Source of the DNA: an uncultured Desulfurococcales archaeon
GTDB taxonomy: Archaea > Thermoproteota > Thermoprotei_A > EX4484-217-1
Direction: 5' to 3'
Length of the DNA stretch: 64,000 nucleotides
Assembly: GCA_964406965.1 (NCBI GenBank)
Contig: CAYOTT010000005.1
Coordinates: forward strand, 54,878 to 118,877
This document shows, in pieces, positions 1 through 10,716 of the stretch (position 1 is the first letter of the stretch; the number at the start of each line of letters is the position of its first letter). Position numbers and translations under genes: made by a program. The notes under the pieces are model-generated. The model saw nothing but the letters and a program-made list of their open reading frames with translations. It ran no database searches and was not told where the DNA came from.

Positions 1-624
1 GCTTTTTACTCCTCTAAGCATTTCATATAGCATGATTAATTCCTTGATGGGGTTTACCGAATAATCAACTCTTAAATTAACTATGTAGTCATAGTATTTT
101 CCATATGGTGTTTCTCCAACAATAATTAAAGCCCCGCTTCTATCTCCTCTTTTATCTCCTCCTAAAGCATGTCCGGCAGCCAATGCTGAGAGAAGAGCCC
201 ATGCAAAATCTTTTTCTCTTTTTCTCTCAAATTCTTCACACATAACCTTAGGTATTTCCGCAGTAACAATAAGATTCCCTAAACATACAACGGTTTGGCC
301 TACGTATATGCTGTTTTCCTTAGGTATTTCTTTTCCACTATGAAAGGCAATATCCCCCCTATAATCAACTACTGCTACTTGTCTTTTCTCAGGCTCACTA
401 TCCTTAGATAACGCCTTAGCTAGTGCCTTATCAGCTGAAAAGCCGTTGGCTAAGTATTCAAGAATTATTGGTCCCAACGCAGGATTAGTATATGCTTGTG
501 TTGCTACAGCACCTGCGCCTGCCCTTGCCCATGGAACTCTTGAACCTACGGCTAAACTTCCGGAAACAACTGCTACACCAAATAACTTCCTACTTAAGTC
601 GGCACCTACAATGCTGTACGTCAT
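1..624 (-). CDS. DUF1028 family protein (Ntn-hydrolase-like fold), 3' end cut by window edge
   Basis: Minus-strand translation from the ATG at 624 reads MTYSIVGADLSRKLFGVAVVSGSLAVGSRVPWARAGAGAVATQAYTNPALGP...GDKRGDRSGALIIVGE. This is the hallmark MTFSIVARD...VGSVVPWARAGVGAVATQA N-terminus of DUF1028 proteins. The ORF runs off the window, so it is absent from the ORF track. Confidence 0.75.
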   Translation of the reverse strand, partial: MTYSIVGADLSRKLFGVAVVSGSLAVGSRVPWARAGAGAVATQAYTNPALGPIILEYLANGFSADKALAKALSKDSEPEKRQVAVVDYRGDIAFHSGKEIPKENSIYVGQTVVCLGNLIVTAEIPKVMCEEFERKREKDFAWALLSALAAGHALGGDKRGDRSGALIIVGETPYGKYYDYIVNLRVDYSVNPIKELIMLYEMLRGVKS

Positions 625-666
625 TTTATATAAGACCTAAGAAAATTTGCTTAGCACTCAAATATA

Positions 667-1143
667 TTATTTCCTCCTAAACATTCTAGCTAAGCCTTTA
701 CTCGAAAGTTCCTTAAGCACAAAATATAGTAGCACTAGAGAAATTAGCCCTCCATAAAACTCTATCTTTTGCAATTCAGAAAGTATGTTGAACTCTGCTT
801 CTTCACCCACACTCTTAAGTATTAATACATCAGCTATGTTAGCTAAAATAACCAAAATATGAAGTATGAAAAGAGCTAAAGCCAGAAAAGTTCCAACAGT
901 AAGCGCTGATAAACTCTGTACTTCACTACTATGCGATACTAATGATAATGTAAGTATTGAACCTATTGTAATTAATGCTATAGAATATCCTATGTCGCCT
1001 GGCACATTGAGTGTTAAAAAAACATTTAATGGCTCAAAACCTATCGGAAATGTTGAAGAAAACCAGTTGTATAGAGCAATTAAACCATAAACTAAGTAAA
1101 TTACGCCCAATATTCCTGCAATTATTTTAGCAATTATTCTCAC
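667..1143 (-). CDS. hypothetical integral membrane protein (about 4-5 TM helices)
   Basis: 158-aa hydrophobic ORF 19 nt downstream of feoB on the same strand, so likely co-transcribed. No recognizable motif. Confidence 0.5.
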   Translation of the reverse strand: MRIIAKIIAGILGVIYLVYGLIALYNWFSSTFPIGFEPLNVFLTLNVPGDIGYSIALITIGSILTLSLVSHSSEVQSLSALTVGTFLALALFILHILVILANIADVLILKSVGEEAEFNILSELQKIEFYGGLISLVLLYFVLKELSSKGLARMFRRK

Positions 1144-1161
1144 TATAATACCCTCCCACTT

Positions 1162-3198
1162 TTAAGTTAAACCAACAAACCTACCTATAAACACTATAGT
1201 TAATGCTACAATATACGCTAACATTATTTCATAAGCTAAAGCCATTAGAGCGTATTTTCCACCAAGCTCTCCTCTTATAGCTGCTATTGTAGCTAAACAT
1301 GGAACATAAATTAATGTAAAGGCCATGTAAGCGTAAGCTGTGAGAGGAGTAAAAGCAGTTCCTATAGCTTGTGAAAGATTTTCCTCACTAACCCCATAAA
1401 GTACAGCCATAACCCCTACAACCAATTCTTTAGCTATTAATCCAAAAATAAGGGAGGCCGTAGCTCTCCAATCCCAACCCATAGGTGTGAAAATTGTTGA
1501 AAGCATATGTCCAACAACACCTACCCAGCTTTTACTAAAGAGCTCCGGATTTTCCAGAGCTTCAACACCTATGATTCCTGAAGGACCCGTTATACTTAGT
1601 GTCCAAACAGTTATAACTCCTAAGAAAATTACTGTGCCAGCTTTAAAAAGGAATTTTTTGGTTCTTTCCCACATTTTTAAAATTACAGTTTTAACTTGCG
1701 GTATAAGGTATGGAGGCATTTCCATAATGAAGCCTACTGATGGGCCTTTAAACACGAATTTTCTAAGAAAAGTAGCTATTAAAATTGCCAGAAAAATTCC
1801 GAGAAGATACATAGTTAAAACAGCTGTTCCAGCATAAGCTCCAAAGAATGTTCCAGCAAAAATTAGGTAGACAGGTAATCTAGCACTACATGACATTAGC
1901 GGAAGTATTAAGGCTGTTGTTTTTCTATCGTTTTCATCCTCTATAACTCTCGTAGCCATTATTGCCGGAACATTGCATCCAAAACCTATAACCATAGGTA
2001 TTATTGACTTTCCTGTTAAACCTACCTTATGCATTATTCTATCCATTATGTATGCAACTCTCGACATGTACCCTACATCTTCAAGTAAGGCTAAGGCTAA
2101 AAATAGGAAAGCAATGTTTGGGAGAAACACAAGTATTGAACCTAAACCCGAAATAACTCCGTCAGCTAGAAACGAAGCTACAAGCTTAGGTAAATTACTT
2201 TCAACAACAGCTCTATAAAGAATATTGTTGAATAAAATGTCTACTAAGTCTACAAAAGGCGTAGCAACATCAAAGGCGAACCTAAATAACATGTATAAAA
2301 CAGTTACCATTACAGGTATTCCAAGGGTTTTATGTGCTATAGTGTAGTCAAGCAAGCCGCTGAAAGTAAGTCCTACTTCTTTAACTTTAACAACTGTTTT
2401 ACGAACTATTTCAGCAACTCTATCATATCTTCTTTCAACAAGATACTCTTCAACATCTTTACCTAGTTCCTCACTTAACTTCCTCCTTATTTCCTCAACC
2501 TCTACAATTATTTCTTGAGAAAATCTTTTGACTTTCTCTTTCACTTCATGGTCGTTTTCCAAAAGTTTTATTGCAATCCATCTTAATGGGTATTTTTCTC
2601 TGAGGCCTTCTATTCTCCCTAATCTCTCTTTAATATACTCTATTTGTTTCTCAACTTTACTACCGTAATTAACAATGGTTCCGCACTTAGCTTTCTTTTT
2701 TGAAGCCTCTATCATTGCTTTTATGAGATCATTAAACCCTATTTTCTTAATAGCTACCATAGGTACTATTGGGATATCACATAGTTCTTTCTGAAGTTTT
2801 TCTACATCAATCTTTAACCCTGTGCTTTCAGCCAAATCCATCATATTCAATGCTATTACCACGTTAGCTTCCATTTCAAGAAGAGTTAATGTTAGGTAAA
2901 GATTTCTCTCAATACTTGCAGCATTAACTATGTTAACCACTACATCAGGTTTTTCTTCAACAATAAAGTTTCTCGCTATAAGCTCGTCAATACTATAAGC
3001 GGTTAAGCTATATATTCCAGGCAAATCTGTTATTTCAAATTCATAATTCTCTAACCTGAGTTTACCTACCTTTTTCTCAACAGTAACTCCAGGCCAATTA
3101 CCAACCCACGCTTTTCCTCCTGTCAACTCGTTAAATATAACAGATTTCCCAACATTCGGGTTACCTACTAAAGCAACTCTAACCTTCACCAAAACCAC
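1162..3198 (-). CDS. feoB: ferrous iron transport protein B
   Basis: N-terminal G-domain VALVGNPNVGKSVIFNELTG (G1) and DLPG (G3), followed by a polytopic permease domain; 678 aa; GTG start. Confidence 0.9.
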   Translation of the reverse strand: MVLVKVRVALVGNPNVGKSVIFNELTGGKAWVGNWPGVTVEKKVGKLRLENYEFEITDLPGIYSLTAYSIDELIARNFIVEEKPDVVVNIVNAASIERNLYLTLTLLEMEANVVIALNMMDLAESTGLKIDVEKLQKELCDIPIVPMVAIKKIGFNDLIKAMIEASKKKAKCGTIVNYGSKVEKQIEYIKERLGRIEGLREKYPLRWIAIKLLENDHEVKEKVKRFSQEIIVEVEEIRRKLSEELGKDVEEYLVERRYDRVAEIVRKTVVKVKEVGLTFSGLLDYTIAHKTLGIPVMVTVLYMLFRFAFDVATPFVDLVDILFNNILYRAVVESNLPKLVASFLADGVISGLGSILVFLPNIAFLFLALALLEDVGYMSRVAYIMDRIMHKVGLTGKSIIPMVIGFGCNVPAIMATRVIEDENDRKTTALILPLMSCSARLPVYLIFAGTFFGAYAGTAVLTMYLLGIFLAILIATFLRKFVFKGPSVGFIMEMPPYLIPQVKTVILKMWERTKKFLFKAGTVIFLGVITVWTLSITGPSGIIGVEALENPELFSKSWVGVVGHMLSTIFTPMGWDWRATASLIFGLIAKELVVGVMAVLYGVSEENLSQAIGTAFTPLTAYAYMAFTLIYVPCLATIAAIRGELGGKYALMALAYEIMLAYIVALTIVFIGRFVGLT

Positions 3199-3540
3199 CT
3201 GTTAGAAACATAAAAGTTAGGTCAGCCTAATATTATTTGCCTAATTTAACATAGTAAGAAAAGCCTATTTAAATATAGTTTCGTGCAATATCATATAATT
3301 TAGAAATAGCAAACCATAAAGTTAGCTTTACAATAAATGAGAAGTCGGAATACAAACAATTAAAAATTATAAAATTTTCTATTAAAGTTAGACTAAACAT
3401 ATGACCTACGTAAAGGCACATACTTTAAAATATATGTTTAAAAATCATGTTTAATCAGAAACAATTATTTTAAAACGATCAATTAAAAATCAATTTATAA
3501 CTTTCATTAGAAATTCAATGAGAAATAGTGGTAAGAAGAA

Positions 3541-4224
3541 TTGATTAGTGATATAGAAAGAGCTCAAAATATTCTTGAAAAATTAAAGGAAGTGTTTGGA
3601 AGAGTAAATGAGGAAGAATTTTTAGCATATAAGGTAGCTTTTAGAACAAGGGATCCTTTCGAAACCTTAATTGCAACAATACTTACTCAAAACACTAATG
3701 AAAGAAATGCTTTTAGATCATACTATAGTTTAAAGAGAAAGTTTAAAATAAAACCGGAGATTTTAGCGGTTAAAACAGTCAAAGAAATATCTTCACTCAT
3801 TTCCCATGGAGGATTAGGTTCTATTAAGGCAAAAAGGATTATTGAAGCTTCAAAGTACGTACTGAAAACTTACGAGGGCAATTTATGGAGTGTTCTTAAA
3901 AAGCCTCTAGAAGAAGCTAGGAAAGAGCTGTTGAAAATACCTGGAGTAGGTCCTAAAACAGCTGATATATTATTGCTCATGATAGCAAATAAGCCTACAG
4001 TACCTGTAGATACGCATGTAATGAGAGTTAGTGGTAGATTAGGTTTTGTAAAGAGAAATGCTAAATACGAAGATGTAAGAAAAGCTCTAATAAATCTTTA
4101 TTGTCCGGATAAGTGTCTTGAAGCCCACCTATACCTTATATTATTAGGTAGGAAATATTGTTTATCGAGAAAGCCTAGATGCCGTGAATGCCCTATAGCA
4201 AATTTATGCCCTAAAATATGCTAA
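3541..4224 (+). CDS. nth: endonuclease III-type DNA glycosylase (HhH-GPD, 4Fe-4S)
   Basis: HhH motif IPGVGPKTADILL, catalytic region VPVDTHVMRV, C-terminal Cx6Cx2Cx5C cluster CLSRKPRCRECPIANLC; TTG start. Confidence 0.85.
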   Translation: MISDIERAQNILEKLKEVFGRVNEEEFLAYKVAFRTRDPFETLIATILTQNTNERNAFRSYYSLKRKFKIKPEILAVKTVKEISSLISHGGLGSIKAKRIIEASKYVLKTYEGNLWSVLKKPLEEARKELLKIPGVGPKTADILLLMIANKPTVPVDTHVMRVSGRLGFVKRNAKYEDVRKALINLYCPDKCLEAHLYLILLGRKYCLSRKPRCRECPIANLCPKIC

Positions 4225-4855
4225 TACTAAATGTCTTAAGGGGTTCTGGAGGATTCTTTTGAGATATTTTCTTCATGAAAAATGTTTCAAGCAACTCTAT
4301 GGTTTTAAGCATTAAACTTATCGCATTCTCCCGCATAAAACCATTCTTTAACCAAACATTTATTTTCACATCGACTCTTCTAAACTCTTTATTTTCACTA
4401 AGATATAGTCTGAAATAATGTATTTTACCTTCACCGCCGCTTGGTTTCAAATACTCTCTCTTTAATGGTTCCTCATGCTCCCTTAGGAAGAGTGTTAAAG
4501 CGTTTTTCCTAGCGTTTTTAGGTGAAACCCTAAATTTCCACTTAGTCCATAAGAAAGTATCTACGAAAACTACTTGGGCTTCAGGTGTTCTAAGTTCCCT
4601 GTCTTTAAATGTCCCTTCAAACCCTATGAATGATGACTTTCTATTTCCAATAGACATGGCTAAGATGTTTACGTAAAGCCCATTAAATAATGTTATATAT
4701 CCATTAAGCGTTAGGGCTTTATAAAGAACGCTTTCTTTAAGTTCGACCACGCTAAGTGACTTAACAAGTGATCCCAAGTTTTCCTTACATATTTTAACTA
4801 ATTCCTTAGCTAGCTCCATAGCGTTTCCGGGAGTTCTCCACGCGAAAGGATCCAT
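4211..4855 (-). CDS. hypothetical protein
   Basis: 214-aa ORF with coding-like composition, overlaps the nth 3' end by 14 nt. No recognizable family. Confidence 0.4.
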   Translation of the reverse strand: MDPFAWRTPGNAMELAKELVKICKENLGSLVKSLSVVELKESVLYKALTLNGYITLFNGLYVNILAMSIGNRKSSFIGFEGTFKDRELRTPEAQVVFVDTFLWTKWKFRVSPKNARKNALTLFLREHEEPLKREYLKPSGGEGKIHYFRLYLSENKEFRRVDVKINVWLKNGFMRENAISLMLKTIELLETFFMKKISQKNPPEPLKTFSISIF

Positions 4856-4868
4856 TATTTCACCGAAA

Positions 4869-5834
4869 TTAAAATGGACTATGTATTGCTACAGCAACTG
4901 CACCATATAGTACTATATCGTCACCTAGTTTTGTAATTTCTATTCTTGGAACCTTATTTACAGCATAATGGTCAATGTATTTCAATATGGGATCTATAAC
5001 TAGCTCTCTTGGATTATTTAAAGCTATAGCTCCACCTACAGTAATTAATTCTGGATCGTAAGCATTTATTACGTTAGCAAACCCTGCTGCATTTATTTTA
5101 CCTAGCTCGTCAATAACCAGCAACGCTAATTTATCACCTATTTTTGCTGCGTCAAACAAGTCCTTAGATGTTAATGTGTTGCTTAGTATTTTCTTTTTAA
5201 GAATGCTTTCTCTAAGTAATTCGTTGAACTTGTTCTTGCAAAGCATTCTAACAAATCTCGGTATGTTCCTACCTGAAGCATAAGCTTCCCAATGGCCAAG
5301 CCGTCCGCATCCGCAAATAAGCGATGATTCATAGTTTATAACGGAATGACCCATTTCATGAGCGTTTCCGTCTTTACCTAAAAGAAGTTTTCCATTAACT
5401 ATTACCCCAACACCTATGCCTGTGCTTAGGGTAATGTACACTAAGTTTTCAACATTTCTTCCTAAACCAAAATGTTTTTCACCCCAAACAGCCGAGACAG
5501 CATCATTAAGTACAATGACTTCTGTTTCGAAGAATTCTTCTAAAGGAGCTTTTAATTCTACTTTTTTAAAAGGCAAATTTGGTGGGTTAACTATTATGCC
5601 TTTCCCTATATCTAATGGTCCTATAGAGCCTATAGCAACTTTAACTATTCTTACACTACCTAGTTTTTCAATGAGCTTCTTATATGTCGTGATTATTTGC
5701 TGAGCTATAGTATATTCATCACCCTCCTTAGCAACGAATTCTTTAACTTTTGAAACAATATTACCTTGCATCGTTGCCAAAGCTAACCTAAGGTATGTTG
5801 CTCCAATATCTACTGCTAAAACATATTTTTTCAA
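4869..5834 (-). CDS. ROK family sugar kinase (glucokinase-like)
   Basis: N-terminal ATPase motif LAVDIGATYLRLAL, ROK zinc motif GHSVINYESSLICGCGRLGHWEAYASG; 321 aa. Confidence 0.8.
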   Translation of the reverse strand: MKKYVLAVDIGATYLRLALATMQGNIVSKVKEFVAKEGDEYTIAQQIITTYKKLIEKLGSVRIVKVAIGSIGPLDIGKGIIVNPPNLPFKKVELKAPLEEFFETEVIVLNDAVSAVWGEKHFGLGRNVENLVYITLSTGIGVGVIVNGKLLLGKDGNAHEMGHSVINYESSLICGCGRLGHWEAYASGRNIPRFVRMLCKNKFNELLRESILKKKILSNTLTSKDLFDAAKIGDKLALLVIDELGKINAAGFANVINAYDPELITVGGAIALNNPRELVIDPILKYIDHYAVNKVPRIEITKLGDDIVLYGAVAVAIHSPF

Positions 5835-5835
5835 A

Positions 5836-6300
5836 TTACAAGCCTCCCTTAAAAATTCTAAACAAGTCTATAACTAAAATTGTTAAGACGAGTATTATTG
5901 GGGCAACAAGAATAGTTCTAAGGAGAAACTCTATATTTAAGCCGTAAATTATTATTAATAACCCTATAATGTGAAACATTATAAGTACGTGTAGCCCGTA
6001 GCGTAGAAGTAAACCATATTTTCTAGCTTTTTGAGTTAAAAACACTATAGTGAAAACAACTATTGCCGAGAGAATTTGGGTTATAAATATTCCCAATTTT
6101 AACCCAAATGCTTTAAAGAAGAAATGTAAACCTAAATTTATTTCCTCCGCCCCAAAGGACATAATGCTTCTGTATGTAAGAGTCATGTCGAGAGATCTAA
6201 TAATTAAAGCTACTATACCTAATATGAAGAGGTCAAGATCTATAGTTTCTGTGAAAAGATTTTTCCTAAGTAATTTCATCATTTTTCTCTCAAAATACAT
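5836..6300 (-). CDS. hypothetical membrane protein
   Basis: 154-aa ORF with 4 predicted TM segments, 1 nt downstream of the ROK kinase gene. Confidence 0.45.
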   Translation of the reverse strand: MYFERKMMKLLRKNLFTETIDLDLFILGIVALIIRSLDMTLTYRSIMSFGAEEINLGLHFFFKAFGLKLGIFITQILSAIVVFTIVFLTQKARKYGLLLRYGLHVLIMFHIIGLLIIIYGLNIEFLLRTILVAPIILVLTILVIDLFRIFKGGL

Positions 6301-6321
6301 TAAGTACGTAGGGATTAATAT

Positions 6322-8736
6322 TTACTCTTTTTCTTTCTCCGTTTGAGATAGGAAATCAAGTAGTGATGTTGTCTTCTTATTGCTTCTTTTATCACTGACT
6401 AACATCTTTACCTCAGGCTTGAACTGTTCTTTAACATGCCTTGTTGAAGCTTCAATACTCATTTTATAAATACTTCTACTTATATTTCTGAAAGCACTCA
6501 TCACTTTTCCAACATAATTTAAATCGATGTTTTCATAGTACACCCTTGTTCTCGTTGCTTCGGAGTCTAATTCAAGTCTTATTATACTAAGTTTTTCTTC
6601 GCCTGAAACATCATAAAATGATCTATCATGTGTAACAATAATTACCTGTTTCGGCCCTCCCGGGCTAAAAAGAACTCTTCTTAGTAACTCTACTCTTTCA
6701 GGAGAGAAACCGTATGTTGGCTCATCAAGTATCAATAAGCCTTCTCTAAGTTGGGGAATCATGCTTCTAGCTACCCTATTTAAAGCAAGTCTATAGGCTA
6801 AAGAAATACTTGTAAGTTGCCCCCCGCTTGGCGTGTCTATAGTAACTAAAGAACCATCTACTTTAGCTTTAAATTCAAGCTTGAAGTCCGGTGAGACTTC
6901 TACGTCTATGTTTTCATATCCCATCATTAGAGTTTTGAATATTCTTAGAAATTCTTCTTTAAAAGCAATATAAGCTTTGGATTTAACATATCTTTCAACT
7001 TCCCTTATTATGGCCAATACGTTTTTATCTAGAAATTCAAGATAAAATCTGTTCTTGTTTATTTCCTCCCTTATTTTCTTAAGTTCCTCTTTAACTCTAC
7101 TTATTTCTCTTAATTTTTCCTCATAACTTCCGATTTCTCCTTGTAGTCTCCCTTTTTCCTCATTAATTCTTTCTTTTTCTTTCAATATATTTTCTAAATC
7201 CCTTTTAGCAACGCTTATTTCTTCATTAACTTTTTCAAGTTCCTTAGTTACTTTAGTTATTTTTTTAAGTTCGCTTTTTAACTTGCTTATACGGGACTCT
7301 ATTTTAGCTACGTCTTTAGCGACTTCGAGGAGACTTCTTAGTTTAGCTTTTCTTTCAAGGAGGTTCTTTAGCTTCTCATTGGTTTTTCTTTCTTCAGCTG
7401 AGAGATCGTTAAATTCTTTTTCAAGAATGCTCCTTTCCCTTTTCATTTTCTCTATGTTAGTCTCTACTGTAGCAAGTTTCTTAAGGACCTCTTCCTTTTC
7501 AGCTAAGAGTTTATCAATGTCCTTGCTAATTCTTTCCTTAAGATCTTTAGCATGTGCGTGAGGTACTGGCTGTAAGCATAATGGGCATATTCCTTTACCT
7601 TCAAGATTCCTTATTTCTTCTAATCTCCTCTTAAGCTCCCCTATTTTACCGTCTATTTCAGCTACTTTAGAATGTAAAGCTTTGCTTTCACTTGTTTTTG
7701 ATTCAAGAATATTTTCTAGCTCTTTTTTACTCTTACTTACTGCCTCCCTTCCACTGCTTATTTTCCTTAATTTGTCCTCTATTTTCCTAATTTCGTTCTC
7801 TAATACTGAAAGTTCATTTTCTAGCTCTCCTATACTCTTATCTCCAAGATCTTGCATTTTCGTTTTCTTTTCATTTTCTAGTTCCTCAAGTTCTCCTCTT
7901 AAGACTTCAGCTTTTCCTGCTTTTTCCCTTAACTTCTTCTCTTTCTCCTCAAGTTCTCTTAGTTTTTCTTTTAACTTTTCTTCAGCTTCTTTTAATTTCT
8001 TAGCTTCTTTCTCAAGTTTTTCTAGTTTTTCTTTTGCTCCTCTTAACCTTTCCTTAACTATGGTTTCATCAACTATTTTCTCTCTTAACTCGCTTTCCCG
8101 CTTCTCCAGCTCTTTCCTAAGTTTACGGCGAGCAAGTGCTTTTACATAATCTATTCTCTCCTTAGCATAACTGTATTTTACGAGATTTAGAACCCTATTT
8201 ACTATTTCCGATCTCTCTTCCTCGCTCACATTAAGTATTGAGTGTATTCCAAATTGGGGAACGTAAATTGCTGAAGCAAAAACCTTACTTCTAGCCCGTG
8301 TTTTCTCTTCAGGTATTCCAAGGAGCTCCAATATGTAGCTTCTCATTTCAGAAGCTGTAAGTCTCCTAAATTTTGTTGAACCACCCTTCTCTACTACTAG
8401 AACCCATCCCCCCTTATCACTTACCGTTTTCCCAGATTCAGCTATTTCCCTGTGAACTATTATGTCTCTTCCTTCGCTTCTAATCCATAATTTAATGAAT
8501 CCTCTACTTTCACCTCTCCTTAGAAGATCTCTAGCAGTTGGATTAGCGAATCTTGAGAGAGGATCCGTTGGCGAACCTGGAACGTTTCCGAAAATAGCAA
8601 ACCCTATTGCGCTTAAAATACTTGTTTTTCCCGAACCTACGTCGCCGTAAATCACTGTTATTCCTTCTTCGGGAAACACTACTATTTCATCCTTATAGGA
8701 TCTAATGTTATGTAGCCAAATAGCCTTGATAATCAT
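6322..8736 (-). CDS. rad50: DNA double-strand break repair ATPase Rad50
   Basis: Walker A GDVGSGKTSILSAIGFAIFG, long K/E-rich coiled coil with a CPLC zinc hook (GKGICPLCLQP), signature PSGGQLTSISLAYRLAL, Walker B/D-loop LLILDEPTYGFS, His-switch VTHD. Confidence 0.9.
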   Translation of the reverse strand: MIIKAIWLHNIRSYKDEIVVFPEEGITVIYGDVGSGKTSILSAIGFAIFGNVPGSPTDPLSRFANPTARDLLRRGESRGFIKLWIRSEGRDIIVHREIAESGKTVSDKGGWVLVVEKGGSTKFRRLTASEMRSYILELLGIPEEKTRARSKVFASAIYVPQFGIHSILNVSEEERSEIVNRVLNLVKYSYAKERIDYVKALARRKLRKELEKRESELREKIVDETIVKERLRGAKEKLEKLEKEAKKLKEAEEKLKEKLRELEEKEKKLREKAGKAEVLRGELEELENEKKTKMQDLGDKSIGELENELSVLENEIRKIEDKLRKISSGREAVSKSKKELENILESKTSESKALHSKVAEIDGKIGELKRRLEEIRNLEGKGICPLCLQPVPHAHAKDLKERISKDIDKLLAEKEEVLKKLATVETNIEKMKRERSILEKEFNDLSAEERKTNEKLKNLLERKAKLRSLLEVAKDVAKIESRISKLKSELKKITKVTKELEKVNEEISVAKRDLENILKEKERINEEKGRLQGEIGSYEEKLREISRVKEELKKIREEINKNRFYLEFLDKNVLAIIREVERYVKSKAYIAFKEEFLRIFKTLMMGYENIDVEVSPDFKLEFKAKVDGSLVTIDTPSGGQLTSISLAYRLALNRVARSMIPQLREGLLILDEPTYGFSPERVELLRRVLFSPGGPKQVIIVTHDRSFYDVSGEEKLSIIRLELDSEATRTRVYYENIDLNYVGKVMSAFRNISRSIYKMSIEASTRHVKEQFKPEVKMLVSDKRSNKKTTSLLDFLSQTEKEKE

Positions 8737-8743
8737 CGCTTAC

Positions 8744-10714
8744 TTAAACCTCTGAGACAATTTTAGCTAAATCCTCTAATTTCTCTACTTCCCGCCTACT
8801 TTCCACTGCGATTTCAAACCATCCCTTAAAGTAAGCTGGTATGGGGTCTCTAACTCTAACATCTGGTGTGTAAATGTATCCTTCTCTATCGTTTAGTAAG
8901 GGTATTTCTGATGAGGGAACACCTATTGATGAGAAATATTCTATGTCACTCCTATACTTTGTTCTTAAAACTATAAGGGTGTTCATGTTTGCTAAAAGCT
9001 GTTTTTCGATAATTGTAGCTAGCTGGGTTATTGCTATAAGCCCTATTCTAAACTTTCTTCCTTCACGAGCTATTCTAGCAAAAGCATTTCTAGGGCTCCT
9101 AACTTTTTCAGGTGAAAGATAAAGGGGTGCTTCTTCAGAAACTATTGCTACAACGTTTTTCCTGCTTAGTTCCCTAGGGTCTAATCCTATTCTACCACTT
9201 AGAAGTCTCCTAACAACATTGAGCACTACAGCATCAGCTTGGGCTGAAGGTGCAGAGGAAACATCAAGTATTACAATGTTTCCCTCTTCAGTTTTCTTAA
9301 TTATTGAATCAATACTTAAACCTCTTTCGATAACTGATAATTCATCAGAAACACTAATCCTATACCACTTATAATTTGTCAAGTTCTGTTTAACTCTTAA
9401 AACAGGGCTTTTAGCTATTTCCTCAAGAAGCCTACGTAGAAAACCTGGTTTCTTAAAAACATCGCTTAATTTAAAAATGCTTTTATCGTCAGAATAGACT
9501 GTTATAACTCCTCCGCTTTTGGAAACGCTTTTTGGCTTAATGTTTAAGAGAGCTAATAGGCGTGTTCTCCAAACCCTAAGTTTCTGAATATACATTCCCT
9601 GTTGAACAAACTCCCTATAAACACCCTTCTTCTCTTTTTCTCCAACACCTTCGCTATTACACATGTTATCAACTACAGCTATGAATAGCGGAATTAAATG
9701 ACCGCTTAGTACTCCTTCTCTACTTCTAAACATTTCTTTCCAAGCATCAGATAGATTAGATGCTTCAACTATTGCTTCAAGAGTTTCAAGAATCATCTCT
9801 AATGTAGCTGCTTCCTCATCAGATACTTCAAGAGCCATTGAAACATCATTTACCGTTAAGCTTCCAATGTTTATTGCTGATTCCCTTATTTCCACATTAC
9901 CATATATTTGTGGTTCTCTTTCCGTAAAAGAGAGCTTATATACGTGAATTCTTTCCTTCATTACGTCTTCAGAATTATTGCTTAAAATAGCTTTAGAAAG
10001 CTTGTTAAGGAAAAATTCTTCCCTACCGCTTGAATACTTACTATATTCTCCATGCCTATCTATTATGAGCCAGCTTATTGGGGATTTCCCGTGAATAGCC
10101 CAGTCTAGAATTATACCCATAATTCCAGTTGTTTTTCCAGCACCCGTTTGTCCAGAAATGAGAATGTGTTTTGGAATTAAAGATTCTATATCAACCTTTA
10201 TTTCTGCTTTATCAAAATATTTTAGAGATTTCTCGCTCTCCGTTGATGCTGAACCACTTCTTAAAATGGCTATTGGCACTGTTTTTTCTAAATATTCTTG
10301 GGCAGGAATACCTAAACTAAACATGTACATTATTTTCTCAGACTCTTCGTCGCCTCTTTCAAGTCTATAAACTTCAGTATTAAGCGGCGGAGGTATTGCA
10401 GGTCTTGAAACATAGATTCTACCTCCTTCTTCGGTAATTAAGAACATAGGTGATGATATAATGGTTCTTTCCTTTCCTGCCTCAATAAGTGCTCCACTAG
10501 GTTCAACTTTCCTAGGTAGAAGACCTAAGGTTTTATTAGCTCCTGCTGGAAGCTTATTTAAAACATCGTCCACGTGAAGTAATAGAATTTTACTTAACCC
10601 CTTAAGTTTAACGTAAAGAATATCTCCTATGCTTATTCCTAAACCACTTTGATAACCTGCAATCAATACTTTATCTTTAGAAGACTCATATATCCATCCA
10701 ACAAATTTACCCAT
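8744..10714 (-). CDS. herA: HerA DNA helicase (FtsK/HerA-type ATPase)
   Basis: Walker A ILISGQTGAGKTTG, Walker B region in LIIDRHGEYS/VAIVSEEAP, 656 aa. Sits between the nurA and rad50 genes. Confidence 0.85.
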   Translation of the reverse strand: MGKFVGWIYESSKDKVLIAGYQSGLGISIGDILYVKLKGLSKILLLHVDDVLNKLPAGANKTLGLLPRKVEPSGALIEAGKERTIISSPMFLITEEGGRIYVSRPAIPPPLNTEVYRLERGDEESEKIMYMFSLGIPAQEYLEKTVPIAILRSGSASTESEKSLKYFDKAEIKVDIESLIPKHILISGQTGAGKTTGIMGIILDWAIHGKSPISWLIIDRHGEYSKYSSGREEFFLNKLSKAILSNNSEDVMKERIHVYKLSFTEREPQIYGNVEIRESAINIGSLTVNDVSMALEVSDEEAATLEMILETLEAIVEASNLSDAWKEMFRSREGVLSGHLIPLFIAVVDNMCNSEGVGEKEKKGVYREFVQQGMYIQKLRVWRTRLLALLNIKPKSVSKSGGVITVYSDDKSIFKLSDVFKKPGFLRRLLEEIAKSPVLRVKQNLTNYKWYRISVSDELSVIERGLSIDSIIKKTEEGNIVILDVSSAPSAQADAVVLNVVRRLLSGRIGLDPRELSRKNVVAIVSEEAPLYLSPEKVRSPRNAFARIAREGRKFRIGLIAITQLATIIEKQLLANMNTLIVLRTKYRSDIEYFSSIGVPSSEIPLLNDREGYIYTPDVRVRDPIPAYFKGWFEIAVESRREVEKLEDLAKIVSEV

Positions 10715-10716
10715 AA

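Noticed and set aside
3199-3540. feoA or another small gene in the long AT-rich region upstream of feoB
   Set aside because: The only ORFs are 15-43-aa low-complexity reading frames without SD or conserved motifs. The region most likely holds divergent promoters (feoB and nth).
7283-8149. Plus-strand ORFs (92 aa and 155 aa, S/F/L-rich) inside rad50
   Set aside because: They are antisense translations of the K/E-rich coiled-coil coding repeats. They are low-complexity with no start context and lie entirely within a well-supported gene.
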